A stretch of DNA of 39,370 bases, from positions 1 to 39,370 of the forward strand of contig NW_021835527.1 in the NCBI RefSeq assembly GCF_006345805.1. The letters are read 5' to 3'. The DNA is from Octopus sinensis. Its lineage: Eukaryota. Under the pieces are notes generated by a model. The model saw only the letters and a program-made list of their open reading frames with translations. It ran no database searches and was not told the origin of the DNA. Within the stretch, counting starts at the first letter, position 1; each line of letters opens with the position of its first letter. Positions 1-12,815 of the stretch are shown here, piece by piece. Both the position numbers and the translations under genes were made by a program.

Positions 1-126
1 ATATATATATGACCACTGCTCTTTATTTTTATTTTATAAATGTATATATAAACAGATATATATGTATGTGTGTGTGCATATATACGTATATACATGCAAG
101 TATGTGGTGGAAATAAATAACTCATA

Positions 127-532
127 GGCGCAGGAGTGGCTGTGTGATAAGTAGCTTGCTAACCAACCACATGGTTACGGGTTCAGTCCCACTGCGTGGC
201 ACCTTGGGCAAGTGTCTTCTACTATAGCTTCGTGCCGACCAATGCCTTGTGAGTGGATTTGGTAGACGGAAACTGAAAGAAGCCTGTCGTGTATATGTAT
301 ATATATATATATGTATGTATGTTTTTGTGTGTCTGTGTTTGTCCCCCTAGCATTGCTTGAACAACCGATGCTGTGTGTTTTACGTCCCCGTCACTTAGCG
401 TTCGGCAAAAAAGACCGATAGAATAAGTACTGGACTTACAAAGAATAAGTCCCGAGGTCGATTTGCTCGACTAAAGGCGGTGCTCCAGCATGGCCACAGT
501 CAAATGACTGAAACAAGTAAAAGAGTAAAAGA
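127..532 (+). mobile_element. tRNA-derived SINE family A, full length (octopus-type)
   Basis: GGCGCAGGAGTGGCTGTGTG A-box head, GGTTCAGTCCC B box, CCTTGGGCAAGTG core, internal (TA)/(TG) tract, tail CTCCAGCATGGCC...GAAACAAGTAAAAGAGTAAAAGA. Many homologues in the window. Confidence 0.92.
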
Positions 533-579
533 ATAGTCTGAAGTACTCACACCCGTTTTGCTAATGTAGAATGTTGTTT

Positions 580-718
580 GAAAACCGTTAGCAGTATTTC
601 TGGGTTCAAATACCACTGAGGTCGACTTTCCCTTTCATCCTTTCGAGGTTAATAAACCAAGTACCAGTTGAACACCTCTTCTCAAAATTTCTGGCCTTGT
701 GCCAAGCCTAGAATGAAT
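580..718 (+). mobile_element. SINE family B (Nin/Deu-like central domain), partial
   Basis: GGTTCAAAT B box, then GAGGTCGACTTTCCCTTTCATCCTTTCGAGGT...AAGTACCAG and GGCCTTGTGCC; homologous to 17701-17910. Confidence 0.8.
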
Positions 719-1026
719 TACTATTATTTTTAGGACTAGGTTAGCCTATGATCAATACAATTTTAGTTAGAACAATTCTATCTTCCTGGGGGTGGGGAGA
801 GGATTGAGGCATAATTCATCTAGAATTATATTATTCAATACGACCTGTTTTTTTTTTTTATTTTTAAGCTATTGACTTGTGATAAGCAGGGGATTTCGCT
901 GTTATTTCTTTAAAGATGTGCTACCAAGGAGCCTTTCTTCTCGAATTCCTGGTTGTCGTGTTAATAACGGCACATGAGACAAATAAATTCACATTAAGTT
1001 TATAAATGGCGCCATCATTAATTACA

Positions 1027-1379
1027 TTTTGCTTGTTTCAGTCATTAGACTGTGGCCATGCTGGGCAGCCTTGAAGAATTTTTAGGTGACCCCCAATACT
1101 TATTTTAAGCTTGGTATTTATTCTATCGGTGATCTTTTGCTGAACAGCTAGGGTAGACACACCAATACACCAACAGCGGTTTTCAAGCAGTGATGGAGAA
1201 CGAACACTCACATACACACACATACACACACACGCGCTTCTATCAGTTTCCGTCTCTCATATCCACACACAAGGTTTTGGTCGGTCCGAGGCTATACACT
1301 TGCCCAAGGTGCCACGCAGTGGGACTGAACCTGGAACCAAGTGGCTGGATAACAAACATTTTACCACGCAGCCATGCCT
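1027..1379 (-). mobile_element. SINE family A, diverged near-full copy
   Basis: Reverse complement of the family A head and tail (CTTGTTTCAGTCATT...CTTGCCCAAGGTGCCACGCAGTGGGACTGAACC). Confidence 0.9.
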
Positions 1380-1589
1380 AGTTTTGATTACCTGTCAAGA
1401 AGACTCACCTGCATTTCTGTTTTGTGACATACAAGTAGTCAACTCCCAAAGAATTGTGATTGCAACTCAGTCTCGGTATGAAGATGCTGCAACGTTCAAA
1501 AGGCATTGCTATGGCCCTATCCCGCTTTGTCTTTCTCACATCTGTCCTAAATAAAGAGTAAATCCCCTCGACATTCCTGTCTTCAAGTA

Positions 1590-1829
1590 CTAGGAGTCAT
1601 GGGGCCAGTTACCTGGTTTCCGTGGCATATAAGAGACCGAAATTACAATATTCCCTTTAAACGGGAGTCCAGTTCGACACAGGGTGACACATTTGCAGCC
1701 GAGTGGACTGGAGTAGCGTAAAATGTAGTGTTTTGCTCAAGATCGTTACTCACCACCCGTTCTGGTAATCGAAACCGCAATCTTGAAATCATGAGTGCAA
1801 CATCTTAACCACTAGGCACGCGTCTTCAC
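1590..1829 (-). mobile_element. tRNA-derived SINE family C
   Basis: Minus strand reads GCCTAGTGGTTAAG (A box), GGTTTCGATTACC (B box), TTGAGCAAAACACT...CTCCAGTCCACTCGGCTG; homologous to 26038-26275. Confidence 0.8.
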
Positions 1830-1983
1830 TCTGAATTTTAAAAAACTAATAGAATTCCTTTCATGTTTGTGTAACAAAATATGAATCAGTGAAAAACTAA
1901 CAGACTTCAGACAACAAACTAGGTGTATTAAATGTTGAGCTTCTAGAAAAACTGTGTGCACATACATACATGTGTGTGTGTGT

Positions 1984-2039
<56 letters not shown>

Positions 2040-2139
2040 TAAGAAAAGGGAGGAGGAGAATTTCGATTACCCCCACGTGGTAAGTTGTAATACAAGAAAT
2101 ATATATATAAAAGAAAATAAAAAATGCACACAGTTTACA

Positions 2140-2900
2140 TAGTTTTAATATATGTTTAAATATATTTTATACGTAAAAGAGTATTGTGTTTGAGAACCGG
2201 TTTCGCTTTCGCTAATCATGTCATTGAAATTATTGTAATTTCGTATTTTCTTAAGAAAATTTTAGTCCATGTTTTTGTATGGAAGTTTATGAATGAATTA
2301 ACTAGTAGAAAAATCAAAGTGGAGGTAATTGGTGATCGTTATTATTCGGGGCGCGGGGCGTAATTGCTCATTTTGGAGGGAGGGATATAAGTAAATATAC
2401 AAAAACTCAAAAGCTAAAGTAGTGAGATGAAATATGTACAGTGGTGGGTATGTGATCATGAATTAAAATATATACTGAGACCAAAGTTAGTTCTGCGTTC
2501 ATATATTGGCGTGTTCAGTATTTTTCGATAAATAAATTTTCTTTACTTAAACGTTCTTGTACAAAAATTGTTTCTATGCACCGACAGATCGGGGAAAACT
2601 GTGAAGTTTGGTTGGGTATTACCTGCACATCTCTCTATGTGTTCACTCAAAGGAATCTGTCTGTACTTTGAGAAACGGATTTGTTCCTTATGCAGTGTTG
2701 TTCTCCGTCTAATGGCCATACTTGTCTGTCCTATATCTCCTGTAGTTATGTCCACAGCCTGAACAAGTTATAACATAAATTAGATTCTCAGAAGCACAAG
2801 TGAAGTTGGTTTTAATTGTGAACCTTTCACCTTGTTTGAATAGGAATTCCGAGCCTTCCGTAGGTTGGGGCATGGTCCACAGTTTGGACGCCACATTTTT
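2140..2900 (-). mobile_element. Penelope-like element 3' fragment: GIY-YIG endonuclease pseudogene plus 3' flank
   Basis: Frameshifted translation FTCASENLIYVITCSGCG...IGQT...RRRTTLHKEQI...PLSEHIERC, matching the PLE (Neptune-type) GIY-YIG with CxxC. Confidence 0.85.
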
Positions 2901-3301
2901 TAATCATTGTTAATTAATATATATAATCATATATTATATATATATATATATATATACACGCATGTACACATACACACGTACACACAGACACACACAAACA
3001 CATGCATAAATATATATATATTCATACATGATTATATATGTCAACCACCCTATGTTGGTGCATAGTACTGAAATTAATCACAATACTCTTCCGAGGATCT
3101 GCATTTCTACCCTATATTTACGGATTTACATCACGATTATTGCATAACATACCCGCATTTGGTAGTGAATCACGCTTAAGAGTAATTCATGATGTATATA
3201 TCAAACCGGTAGAAAATAAACTAAGGAAGAATAAAGCTAAAAAAACCATAACCCCCATGAAAGAGTTCTACATACATACACACATACATATATACATGTC
3301 A

Positions 3302-3392
3302 TTGTTCAGTTTTATTTCAAAATTTCTTGCCAATAGAGAAAGAGCTGGTTTCTAACCTAGATCCAAGGCTCCTTCATTGGAATTTCAACATG
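3302..3392 (-). mobile_element. Probable 3' tail of a non-LTR retroelement
   Basis: Minus strand ...GGCAAGAAATTTTGAAATAAAACTGAACAAT has an AATAAA-type end adjoining simple repeat; family not identified. Confidence 0.35.
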
Positions 3393-4509
3393 TGATTAAT
3401 GTCCATTTATATGAGCGTTAATCATATCAATATAGGTATTTAGAGGTGAGGTACAGACGGGTGCAGATAAGGTTTCTGTCTACGATATATTTTTGGTGGT
3501 GGTTGGTATTTAGTGATGCAAAATAAACGGATACAGAGAGACCTTTCCTTTGAGATGTTGAAAGGGGAGATGCTTGATCAAAATAAATGGTATTACAGGA
3601 AAAAGAAATAGGGAATGCATGATAGTTTGAAGTGAAGTGATACACCTTTGGTAAGATCAGAGGAACAAAGACTATTACTGTAGCTGTAGAAGAAACAGTT
3701 CATATTTTATTGAATGAGAGCTTTGTTATCAAGTATATGAACTTTGAGTTGGATGTTGTTTTTTGCTTTTGTTTTGTTTTTATGCAGTCCAGAACACATG
3801 GTTATGTGCTTTAGTAAGAGAAGACGAATTAGGAAAATACAAAGAAGCATACAAATAAGGAGTTAAATTATTACAGAAATCCTATAGCTCGTGCCTTGAA
3901 AGCTATGCTGGACTAGGCACCAAAGATTCAGTTCTCAGTCACCGATTAAGAAAGTAATTATTTCAATTGAAAACTGACTCTTTTGATTAGCCACAATTTC
4001 AAACATTCGTAGGGAAGATTATAGAAACTATAACTGTTAAGGTTTTAGTGAATGGATATTAGGTATTATAAACACCAATTTGAAACAGACAACGCCGGCT
4101 TTCAGCTAGCCTCTTTCTATTCTGTAACCAGTTACTGTTAACAATGTATATCATTTAATATATCATTTATATATAGAATCTTAACAGTTCGTTCATGGTA
4201 GGACGTTACTTATTACAAACGGCGATTCGAGGGGGAAGACTTCGTTATACAGAACATTTGTAGAATAGCCGATCCTACTAGCGGTAAGAAACCAACGAAT
4301 TATTATTATAGAGTAGTTAAAATAAGAAAGAGAAATTATAGTGATTTAATAATGATTGAGAGACGTTCTGTCAAGGAATCAGTTGCATGATTGCCTAGCA
4401 AGCAATAACAATGGTGGTTTAGTGTCTCATCCAGTGGATTTGTCTCTCTTTTATGTCTATGTTTATAATGTCTAGACATATTGTTGATTGTATCGATCCC
4501 AATATATTG

Positions 4510-4732
4510 CTTTCAAGTTTTGGCACAAAACCAGCAGTTTTTTGTTGTTTTTTGTGAGAAGGATTAAGTCGATAACATCGACCCCAGTACTCATCTGGTA
4601 CTTATTTTATTGACCTCGAAAAGATGAAAAACAAAGTAGACCTCGGTGAAATTTGAACTCAGAACATGAATACGGACGAAATACTACTAAGCATTTTGAC
4701 TGATATGCTAACACTTCTGCTAGCTCGCTGCC
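4510..4732 (-). mobile_element. SINE family B, full length with TSD
   Basis: Head GGCAGCGAGCTAGCAGAA, B box GAGTTCAAAT, Nin-like core. Flanking near-repeat ATCGATCCCAATATATT (4492-4508) / ATCGATCCCCGTATATT (4736-4752), 15/17 identical. Confidence 0.88.
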
Positions 4733-6380
4733 TTAATCGATCCCCGTATATTATTACTACTTAATTCATCAATCACCAGAACTGGCTGTATTTGAACTCG
4801 CCATTTAAAGGAACAAAGCTAGCATTTAGTTCGGCGATGTATTCTTTCTGTTAACTTAACATGAGTAGGAATTAAGTATGAAAAGCGTATTTTTTTTACC
4901 ATCTTTAAATGGGGTGCCTTTGTAAATGGTCTATAAAATATTCCATTGTTTTCATGTGTCCTGAGAGATATGGCAAACTACAGAACTTTGACTAAAATTG
5001 AACCAGATATCTTAGCTGTTGCAATAACACGCTAAACCAACTTTAGAAAACAAATTCAACAACAAAAGAAAAAAACAGAAACAAATACGTTATATCAATC
5101 AAATATTTATTCTACTGATCACCACTAATCCATATTTTTTTTATCCACATGTGGCCTCCAAACAGCTAACAGCTTTCTGTCCGCTCAACTGTGAAATTCC
5201 ATTTGATCGCATACGAAAATCTGGCTTTAAAATATTAAAAGAGATAAATAAACAACAAAAATAAGAAAACGTGAAACAAACTTCTAGTAAAATGCATATG
5301 AAAAGTTACGAAAGCGCGGCTTACCACAAATATTAAACGACAAAAGATTTTTAAAAATGAAATAAAAATACAAATATGTAAATTTTTTATAGTTCGCAAT
5401 TTCTTTTCTTTTAATTTCTTGTCTTTTTTTTTGTATGTTAATGTATTATTATTTTTTAAAATTAATGAACAAAAATGTGTAGCCACCCATCCACCATGAA
5501 CCCACAAGCAAAAGAAAACTGAAAATTATAAATATCTACAGTCAATTGTTATAAAAAGAATGTCAGCGCAGTGATGAAAACAGAATTCTTTTGTTAAAAA
5601 CAGTCTGTAAATTGTTATGGCTTCCATATGAATTTTCTCTCTTTACAAATATATTAGTAGATGTAAAACAACTGGTTAACTAATATACTGATCGACTTAC
5701 TTGTGCGCGCGTGTGTGCGTAGTTCTTTGTCGTTTTCCGTTTAGATTTTAGTTTTTAATTTTTATGTTTTTGTAAATGAATCAAAATTCTTTTATATATT
5801 TTTTCATTTTTCATCATGTATGTGTCTACGTGTGTGCGTATATGTATTTAAATGTCTTCTTTTTTTCCCACCTTTTGTTTAATTTTTGCTATAAAAGTGC
5901 TCTTAACAGCTCATAAAAACGTAATACCTCATAAAAGAAATACCCCAAGGTTGTTCATGATATTTTTGTTGTCTTTTTTTTTGTATTTTTCGGGGCTTTT
6001 TGTTTCAAGGAACTTTGAGTTTTGATCACAAAGGTGATTCATGAAAATTATTCATCAGCAACAGAATTTTTCTTTTCTTCTCTTTTTTGTATTCTTGTTT
6101 TGATTGTTTTGTTTAGAAATAACTTAATGATTCGGAAAACTTGCTGCGATGAAATATCGAGTAAATGGTTAAAATGGTATCGCTTGGGAGCAAGGAACAG
6201 TATGAATTTTAGGGATCTTTCAACCTGCTGGTAAAGGATGTTTCTTTGTATTGTACACACATAAACACAGAATAAATGGATCTTCGTCAGTTTCGACGAT
6301 GTGATTTCCAGTTGTTCCATCAACTAAACACCTTTAATTATAGAGTATTGTTCAAGTATAATTGTGTATGTTAAAGATAA

Positions 6381-6526
6381 ACGACTCATCTGCAAGGCAT
6401 TTTCGCCAACTCAATTTCAGTCACAAGGCATAGGGTGACCCGAGGCTATAAGAAAAGAAGTCAGGCAATGAAATCGAACATGGCATCACATGGCTGAGAA
6501 GCGAACTTTCTTACCATTCGACCATA
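6381..6526 (-). mobile_element. SINE family A, degraded 5' half
   Basis: TCACAAGGCA...CCCGAGGCTATA...ATCGAAC...AAGCGAACTTTCTTACCA similar to the family A head. Confidence 0.7.
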
Positions 6527-6613
6527 ACTAAATACATATACACCAAACACATACATACCTATACATACACACACATAATATATGTGTGTGAGTCTGTGTG
6601 TGTGTGTGTGTGT

Positions 6614-6652
<39 letters not shown>

Positions 6653-6655
6653 GTC

Positions 6656-6865
6656 TTTTATCTTTTACTTGTTTCAGTCATTAGACTCCGGCCATGCTGG
6701 GGCATCGCCCTGAAGGGTTTTAGTCGAAAAAATCACCCCAGGACTTGAGCCTGGTATTTATTCAATCGGACTCTTTCTCCGAACCGGAGACGTAAACACA
6801 CCAATACTAGTTGTCAAGTAGTGGGTGGGGAAACAAGCACAAACACAAAGACGCACACACACATA
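6656..6865 (-). mobile_element. SINE family A, 3' half
   Basis: CTTTTACTTGTTTCAGTCATTAGACT..GGCCATGCTGGGGC...GACGTAAACACACC. Confidence 0.88.
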
Positions 6866-6869
6866 CATG

Positions 6870-6909
<40 letters not shown>

Positions 6910-7209
6910 GTGTGTATGTAACCATTCAAGCAATAACTTTCTGCTTTCTAAGTTACACGCATCATAAATATTAAAGATATAAAACGCTCACACAAACACA
7001 CACATAAATGAGCGTGCGGCCACACTTCAACATGTTATGCAATGATAATCAAAGAGGAAATTAAAATATCTGCATTTACGAGCGACGAATGAACTCGGTT
7101 TCACACGAGCTAAATAGTTTTTCCTTCTTTTTCTTTCTTTTTTCCCTTTTTTTATGCCTTTTATTACACATTGGGAAATGTGTATTTTTAAAACACATAT
7201 AAACGTGTG

Positions 7210-7263
<54 letters not shown>

Positions 7264-7296
7264 TGTGTTTGTGTGTGTAAACGCTGACACGTATAC

Positions 7297-7362
7297 GGGC
7301 GTGTGGTTAAGAAATTTTCTACGCAATCACGTGGTTCTATTCCACTGCGCAGCGTCTCAAGC
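7297..7362 (+). mobile_element. SINE family A-like head remnant
   Basis: GTGTGGTTAAGAA...CAATCACGTGGTTC..TTCCACTGCGCAGC. Confidence 0.55.
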
Positions 7363-7570
7363 GACCAATCCCTGATGAGTAAAAATTTCGAAGACAAAAA
7401 CCGCGGAAAGCGTTTAGATAATTATGAACACGAACACACACCCAAGCGCGCATGCGCACACAAACATGTACACACACGAACACACACAAGCATATGCACA
7501 CGTGAACTCGCGCGCCCGCACACACACACACACACACACACACATACATATTTGTGTATGCATGCATGCG

Positions 7571-7571
<1 letters not shown>

Positions 7572-7655
<84 letters not shown>

Positions 7656-7680
7656 GCAGGCAGACAGACAGACAGACAGG
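7572..7680. repeat. (GATA)n/(GACA)n microsatellite; similar tracts at 11653-11718, 24920-25050 and 29835-29890
   Basis: Direct reading. Confidence 0.97.
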
Positions 7681-7823
7681 TAAGTAGATAGAGGGAGATA
7701 GATAATATATTCAATATATGTCTGCCAACTTCATTGGAGAACATGTAGATAAGCTATTTGGCTCGGTTTCGGTCAGGCCGTGGTTTTTTTTGTCTTCACC
7801 TTTTTCAAGCAAATGCTTGTGTG

Positions 7824-7919
<96 letters not shown>

Positions 7920-7965
7920 CGTGCGTGCGTGTCTGCGTCTGTGTGTATGCATATATATTTACATG

Positions 7966-8005
<40 letters not shown>

Positions 8006-8979
8006 TATACATATGAGTGTGGTTGATGTGAGTCTGTGTAATTGTGTGAATCTGTGCACGCGCGTATATAATTTTTGTTATCCCTTTTCTTAAAAAAAGT
8101 TATAATACCTTATTTAATAAATTAAATACGTATGTTTATAAAAAAATGTCACTCTTGCTCCGCCGATAATTTTATAAGTAACACAAGAAACTTTGAGGTC
8201 GCAAAGTTTCATACCCATATTTATTTTAATATATTAGAATGGAATGTGAACATATCGTACATTGTATAGTTTGTTATACAAGAAGAAACCTTTGCGAAGA
8301 TCAGTTAGAGTACGTTTCTTGAGAATGGGATACGTTGTAGTGTTACCAAGGATCGGGATGTATCCTGTGAAAGAGAGGGAGAAAAACAGAGAGACAGACA
8401 GACAGAAAAAGAAAGAAAAAAAGAAAGAAAGAAAGAAAGAAAGAAGATTAAGGAGTTTAAGTGTATAATTTCTATCTCAGTTGAATTGTTGGGGGATAAT
8501 GAAAGGAATATTAAAAGGACTACTGATGGTCCCTTCGTATTTGCGTGTATTATGATGAAACCAGTAGAGACCAAATGGTTGCCTAATGTAAGCAGTGTGG
8601 AATTAGATACAATAACGCCAGAAAATTAGGAAGAAAATACTACTTAAAGACCTATCGCGGTTGAGAAATGACTGAAAGGTGTATTTCTTAAAGTTGATAG
8701 TACTTCTCTTGGCTAGGGACCCAAACGATTTTCTGCAGTTTTGGATGATCAGTGCTTCACTCAACTAACTGCCGCACAACAACCCCGAAATCCAGTTGGT
8801 TCAACTCTTATGGTCAGTTTCAAGTTGTTCTAGTATTATCTCTCGGCAAACATATTGCTTTGCCAACAGATTCAGTCCAACACGACAAGCGGTAGATCCC
8901 AGTTTATTATGAAATCTTGGATCAGTCTATTATATCTGGATAGCTGGAGAATGAGGCCTTTTAAGGTACGGCATAATCG

Positions 8980-9238
8980 GGAGTTCTTTTCGCTGTTCTA
9001 TTAAGATCAGGAGTTCTTTTCTCTATTCTGTTAAAATACTATGAAGCATCTGTTCCACCTCAGCTTTGGCTCAAGAATTGAGATGGCCTTATTAGAGATC
9101 TTAAAGCATCAAGTTCATCAGACGTATTCAGACATGGAAATATACCACACAGAGGAAAACTACAACGCAGCCCTCACTGACAAGCTCAAGGATATAAATA
9201 ACCAAGAACTTCAAAAATATGGCCTCTCTTAACCAAAC
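8980..9238 (+). mobile_element. Helitron Rep/helicase fragment (linker between Rep and PIF1 helicase)
   Basis: Translation across a frameshift: VLFSILLKYYEASVPPQLWLKN*DGL..LKHQVHQTYSDMEIYHTEENYNAALTDKLKDINNQELQKYGLS, matching the Helitron LFxxIL..PxxLW..YNxAL..LxxxGLP pattern. Confidence 0.72.
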
Positions 9239-9240
9239 TA

Positions 9241-10492
9241 CGAAGATGGGTGGAAAAGTTCATAGGCTGACTATGGAGGAGTGATGCCAGAGCTGTGAAG
9301 TCTTGCATACATTAATTTCAACTCTACTTATTGATAACTTCATTGTTTCTTTCCAGATAAACTGACATATAACTGTTCAAAGAAAACTTCAAATGTAACT
9401 AGTAGCGACTTCTCTTGAATATAAACAAAATTTGGCATTGTGGTGTTATCAAGTGCCTGCAGAAAAAAAGAGTTTATCCCCAATGACACTCACGCTGACA
9501 TGGATGCTACATTAGAAGATGATGTTCCAGCTTTATCAACAATGCAAAAGTGGGCAGCTGAATTTAGGAGTGGAAGGAAGAATCTTGAAAACGATCCAAT
9601 ATCTGAATGCCCTGCAACTGCCACCACCGAAGAAAACATTGATTGTCTTCACCACATGCTGATGGGTGGCAGACGATTCACTATAAATCAAATAGCCACA
9701 GCTATTAGCATATCCTGTGAGAGAGTTGAGAATATTCTGCACAATGAACTTGGCATGACAAAGGTCTTTGCTCAGTGGGTGCCATATCTTCTGACACCTG
9801 ATCAAAAGCGTACCAGGCTGATCACATCACGGGAAAATCTGGCATTGTTTCAGGCAGATCCACCTGGTTTCTTTGAACGTTTCTTAACCCAGAATAAGTG
9901 TTAGCTTCATCACACTGAGCCAGAGACAGAGAGAGAATCTATGCATGGGAAACACCCCTTCCTCGCCTGCTCCAAAGAAGGCCAAGAGCACTTTATCTGC
10001 AGGGAAGTTAATGACCTGAATTTTGGGGGAATGCAAAAGGTGTTGTGTTTATTGACTATCATTAAAAAGGTCACACCATCAATGGAGAGTACTTGCTGTG
10101 GCAGTTACGAATGGTTATCAAGACCAAACGGCCAGGAAAACTGACGAAAGTGAACTTGTTTCAACAGGACACTGCTCTAGCACACAAGTCCTTGGTTTCA
10201 ATAACTGCTGTGCGTGACTGTAGTTTTGAACTGGTTGATCTCCTGATGTCGCCCCATCTGACTATCATCTGTTCTCTAACATGAAGAAACATTTGGCTGG
10301 GAATCAGCATCGCAGTGATGATAACGCCATATCTGCGGTTGATGACTTTTAAACCAATGAGATGAAACCCTTTTCACCAATGGGATCCAAAGACTGCAAC
10401 ACCGATGAAAGAAGTGTATGGACCGCAAGGGGCCTATATTGAAAAATAAGCCCCATTTGGTCGCATTATATGAGAGTATCTTGGCCAGACTA
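9241..10492 (+). mobile_element. mariner (DD34D-type) transposon, degenerate
   Basis: TA plus 5' TIR CGAAGATGGGTGGAAAAGTTCATAGGCTGAC. Transposase pseudogene ~9420-10449 with HTH (KWAAEFRSGR), WVPYLLT, LFQQDTALAH and SPDVAPSDYHLF. 3' TIR truncated (GGCCAGACTA). Confidence 0.93.
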
Positions 10493-10587
10493 GCAGCTGA
10501 ATACTCCACAAGTACACTCATGACATAACAATTCAGGCACAATCAGTGAGACTCGAAGTGTGACGAGGCTTATAGCTACGATCAAAC

Positions 10588-10733
10588 GGACGGGCTTCCA
10601 CACAGTTTTCACCACATCACTTTCACTCACAAGGCCTGGGTTGACTCGAGGCTAGGGTAAAAGACACCTACGCAACACACCACGCAGTGGCATCGAACCC
10701 AAGACCTCACGATTGCGAAGCGAACTTTCTAAC
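10588..10733 (-). mobile_element. SINE family A, degraded 5' half
   Basis: GACGGGCTTCCACACAGTTT...CACTCACAAGGC...CACGCAGTGGCATCGAACCC. Confidence 0.75.
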
Positions 10734-11071
10734 AATTAACTGAGGTTAAATGAAACCTCGGCACTGGATTAAGTTTATTCATAAATCATGTTTGATTTCA
10801 TGCAGCTCATCACCAATTATAACGGGCGTATTCAATCGTATGCATATTTGTTATATGTGTTTCTGTGCGTATGTGAGTGTTGTGTCTATATGTTCATGAG
10901 TAAGTGTGTTCATGTGGGATGGGAAGTAAGTGTGTGCGTGTGTAAATGCTCTTACATTTACATGCCTTTAATAATTAATTTCTGTTATTCAAAAACATCA
11001 GCAGACATGGGGTGAGCTTTAAACTCACCGAAACAGTATGTAAACACACACACACACACACACACACACAC

Positions 11072-11109
<38 letters not shown>

Positions 11110-11513
11110 AGCATATCCATGCACACAAACAAACACACACATGCACACATGAACATGTACATATTCTCAAACAATAGGCTTTAAACGTAGACAAATGTGT
11201 GAGCGTACATGCGTACATGTGCGTCGTGTGTGCGTATGGATGTGTGTATGCATGAGTATTGTGTTTACTGATATATATATATATATATATATATATGATA
11301 TATATAATATATATATATGTAAGCATACACACATGTATGCATGTATATATGTATGTACATGTATATATTATGGACGTGTGTGAATGTATTTATCTATGAA
11401 TACATATAATAATAATAATAATAATAATAATTATATATATATGAACACGCAAGCACGCTCAAAATTTGTATTTACATACACATACATATTGATTTATATA
11501 TATATATATATAT

Positions 11514-11568
<55 letters not shown>

Positions 11569-11652
11569 TTGTGTATACATATATATATTACTATGCTTGT
11601 GTATAGATATCAACATATATAAATATATACATGTGTGTGAATTTGTGAATAG

Positions 11653-11719
<67 letters not shown>

Positions 11720-11958
11720 AAGCTAGATAGAAGAGGAGGGGAATAATGATGTTTTTATGAGATCTCTGGAGGCCACTACCGACAGATCGGTGTTGGAGGT
11801 TATCATAATCCAATAAGTGATTGAAAATACGTTAACAGGCCAGCCCATTGATCTTTCCCCTCTACACTCCCCCTTCCTTTCCCCTCCGCTTCCTCTCCCC
11901 CTCTCTCCAAGTCTCTTTTGACATCTTCCATTTAAACTCTATTTTATCTACGCCCTCC

Positions 11959-12011
<53 letters not shown>

Positions 12012-12245
12012 GTGAATTCCTCTGCATATTTCTATCGTTTACTCTCAAATGTTATCGCTCTATGTCTGATTAACCATCACAACTGTTTGTACTATATTCC
12101 ATGTCTTTATCAGCAAATTTATATTATATTCCTTATGCTTAACTACATACACATACTCGTGTGAGTGTGTGTGTGTGTGTGTATGTACCTGTGTCTGTTT
12201 GTGTATAAGCGTGCGCGCGTAGGTGCTTATGTATATGTGTGCGTG

Positions 12246-12278
<33 letters not shown>

Positions 12279-12449
12279 TATATATATATTATATTGAGTC
12301 ATACAGTTATCTATAACATAAATATCACATATGTCTGAATATTCGTATATAGTCATATGAACATATACATTTGCATGTATAATGTGTGTATGTACTCGTA
12401 TAATATAAATATCTATACCACTCATATATACATACACACACACACGCAC

Positions 12450-12484
<35 letters not shown>

Positions 12485-12709
12485 TATATTATATATATGA
12501 ATATATGTGTGTGTGTACATATATACATACATATGTATGTATGTATCTATTTATGTATACACATGTTTGAGTATGTACGTGTGTGCGGGGGTGCGTGCGC
12601 GACACTTGCTCTCTGTGTGTGTATGTGTGTATGTGTGCGCGTGTGTGTGCGCGTGTGTGCATGCGTGTGTGTATGTGCAGAAAAATAGATGGAGAGGAGA
12701 GACTCAAAC

Positions 12710-12815
12710 CTGGTGGAGTGCTTTAAGTCGTGGTTTCTCAATCAAGATGCTCCGAGTTCGATCCCACTATATAGCATATTGAAGTGACATTTACCATGGC
12801 ATCGGCAGGACCAAA
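12710..12815 (+). mobile_element. Old SINE tRNA-like head
   Basis: GAGTTCGATCCCACT B box with a degraded family A-like downstream sequence. Confidence 0.5.

Noticed and set aside
127-200. tRNA genes at SINE heads
   Set aside because: A and B boxes are present but there is no cloverleaf or acceptor stem, and they continue into SINE bodies.
1409-1546. 138-nt minus-strand exon-like segment with CAG|GTGAGT donor and an open frame
   Set aside because: Part of it resembles a degraded dispersed repeat (cf. 23354-23385); weak acceptor; peptide unrecognised.
4201-4390. 62-codon stop-free frame (DVTYYKRRFEGEDF...)
   Set aside because: No start or convincing splice sites and no recognisable motif; expected by chance.
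9440-9904. SETMAR-like domesticated gene
   Set aside because: No SET domain; multiple stops and frameshifts; TIR present.
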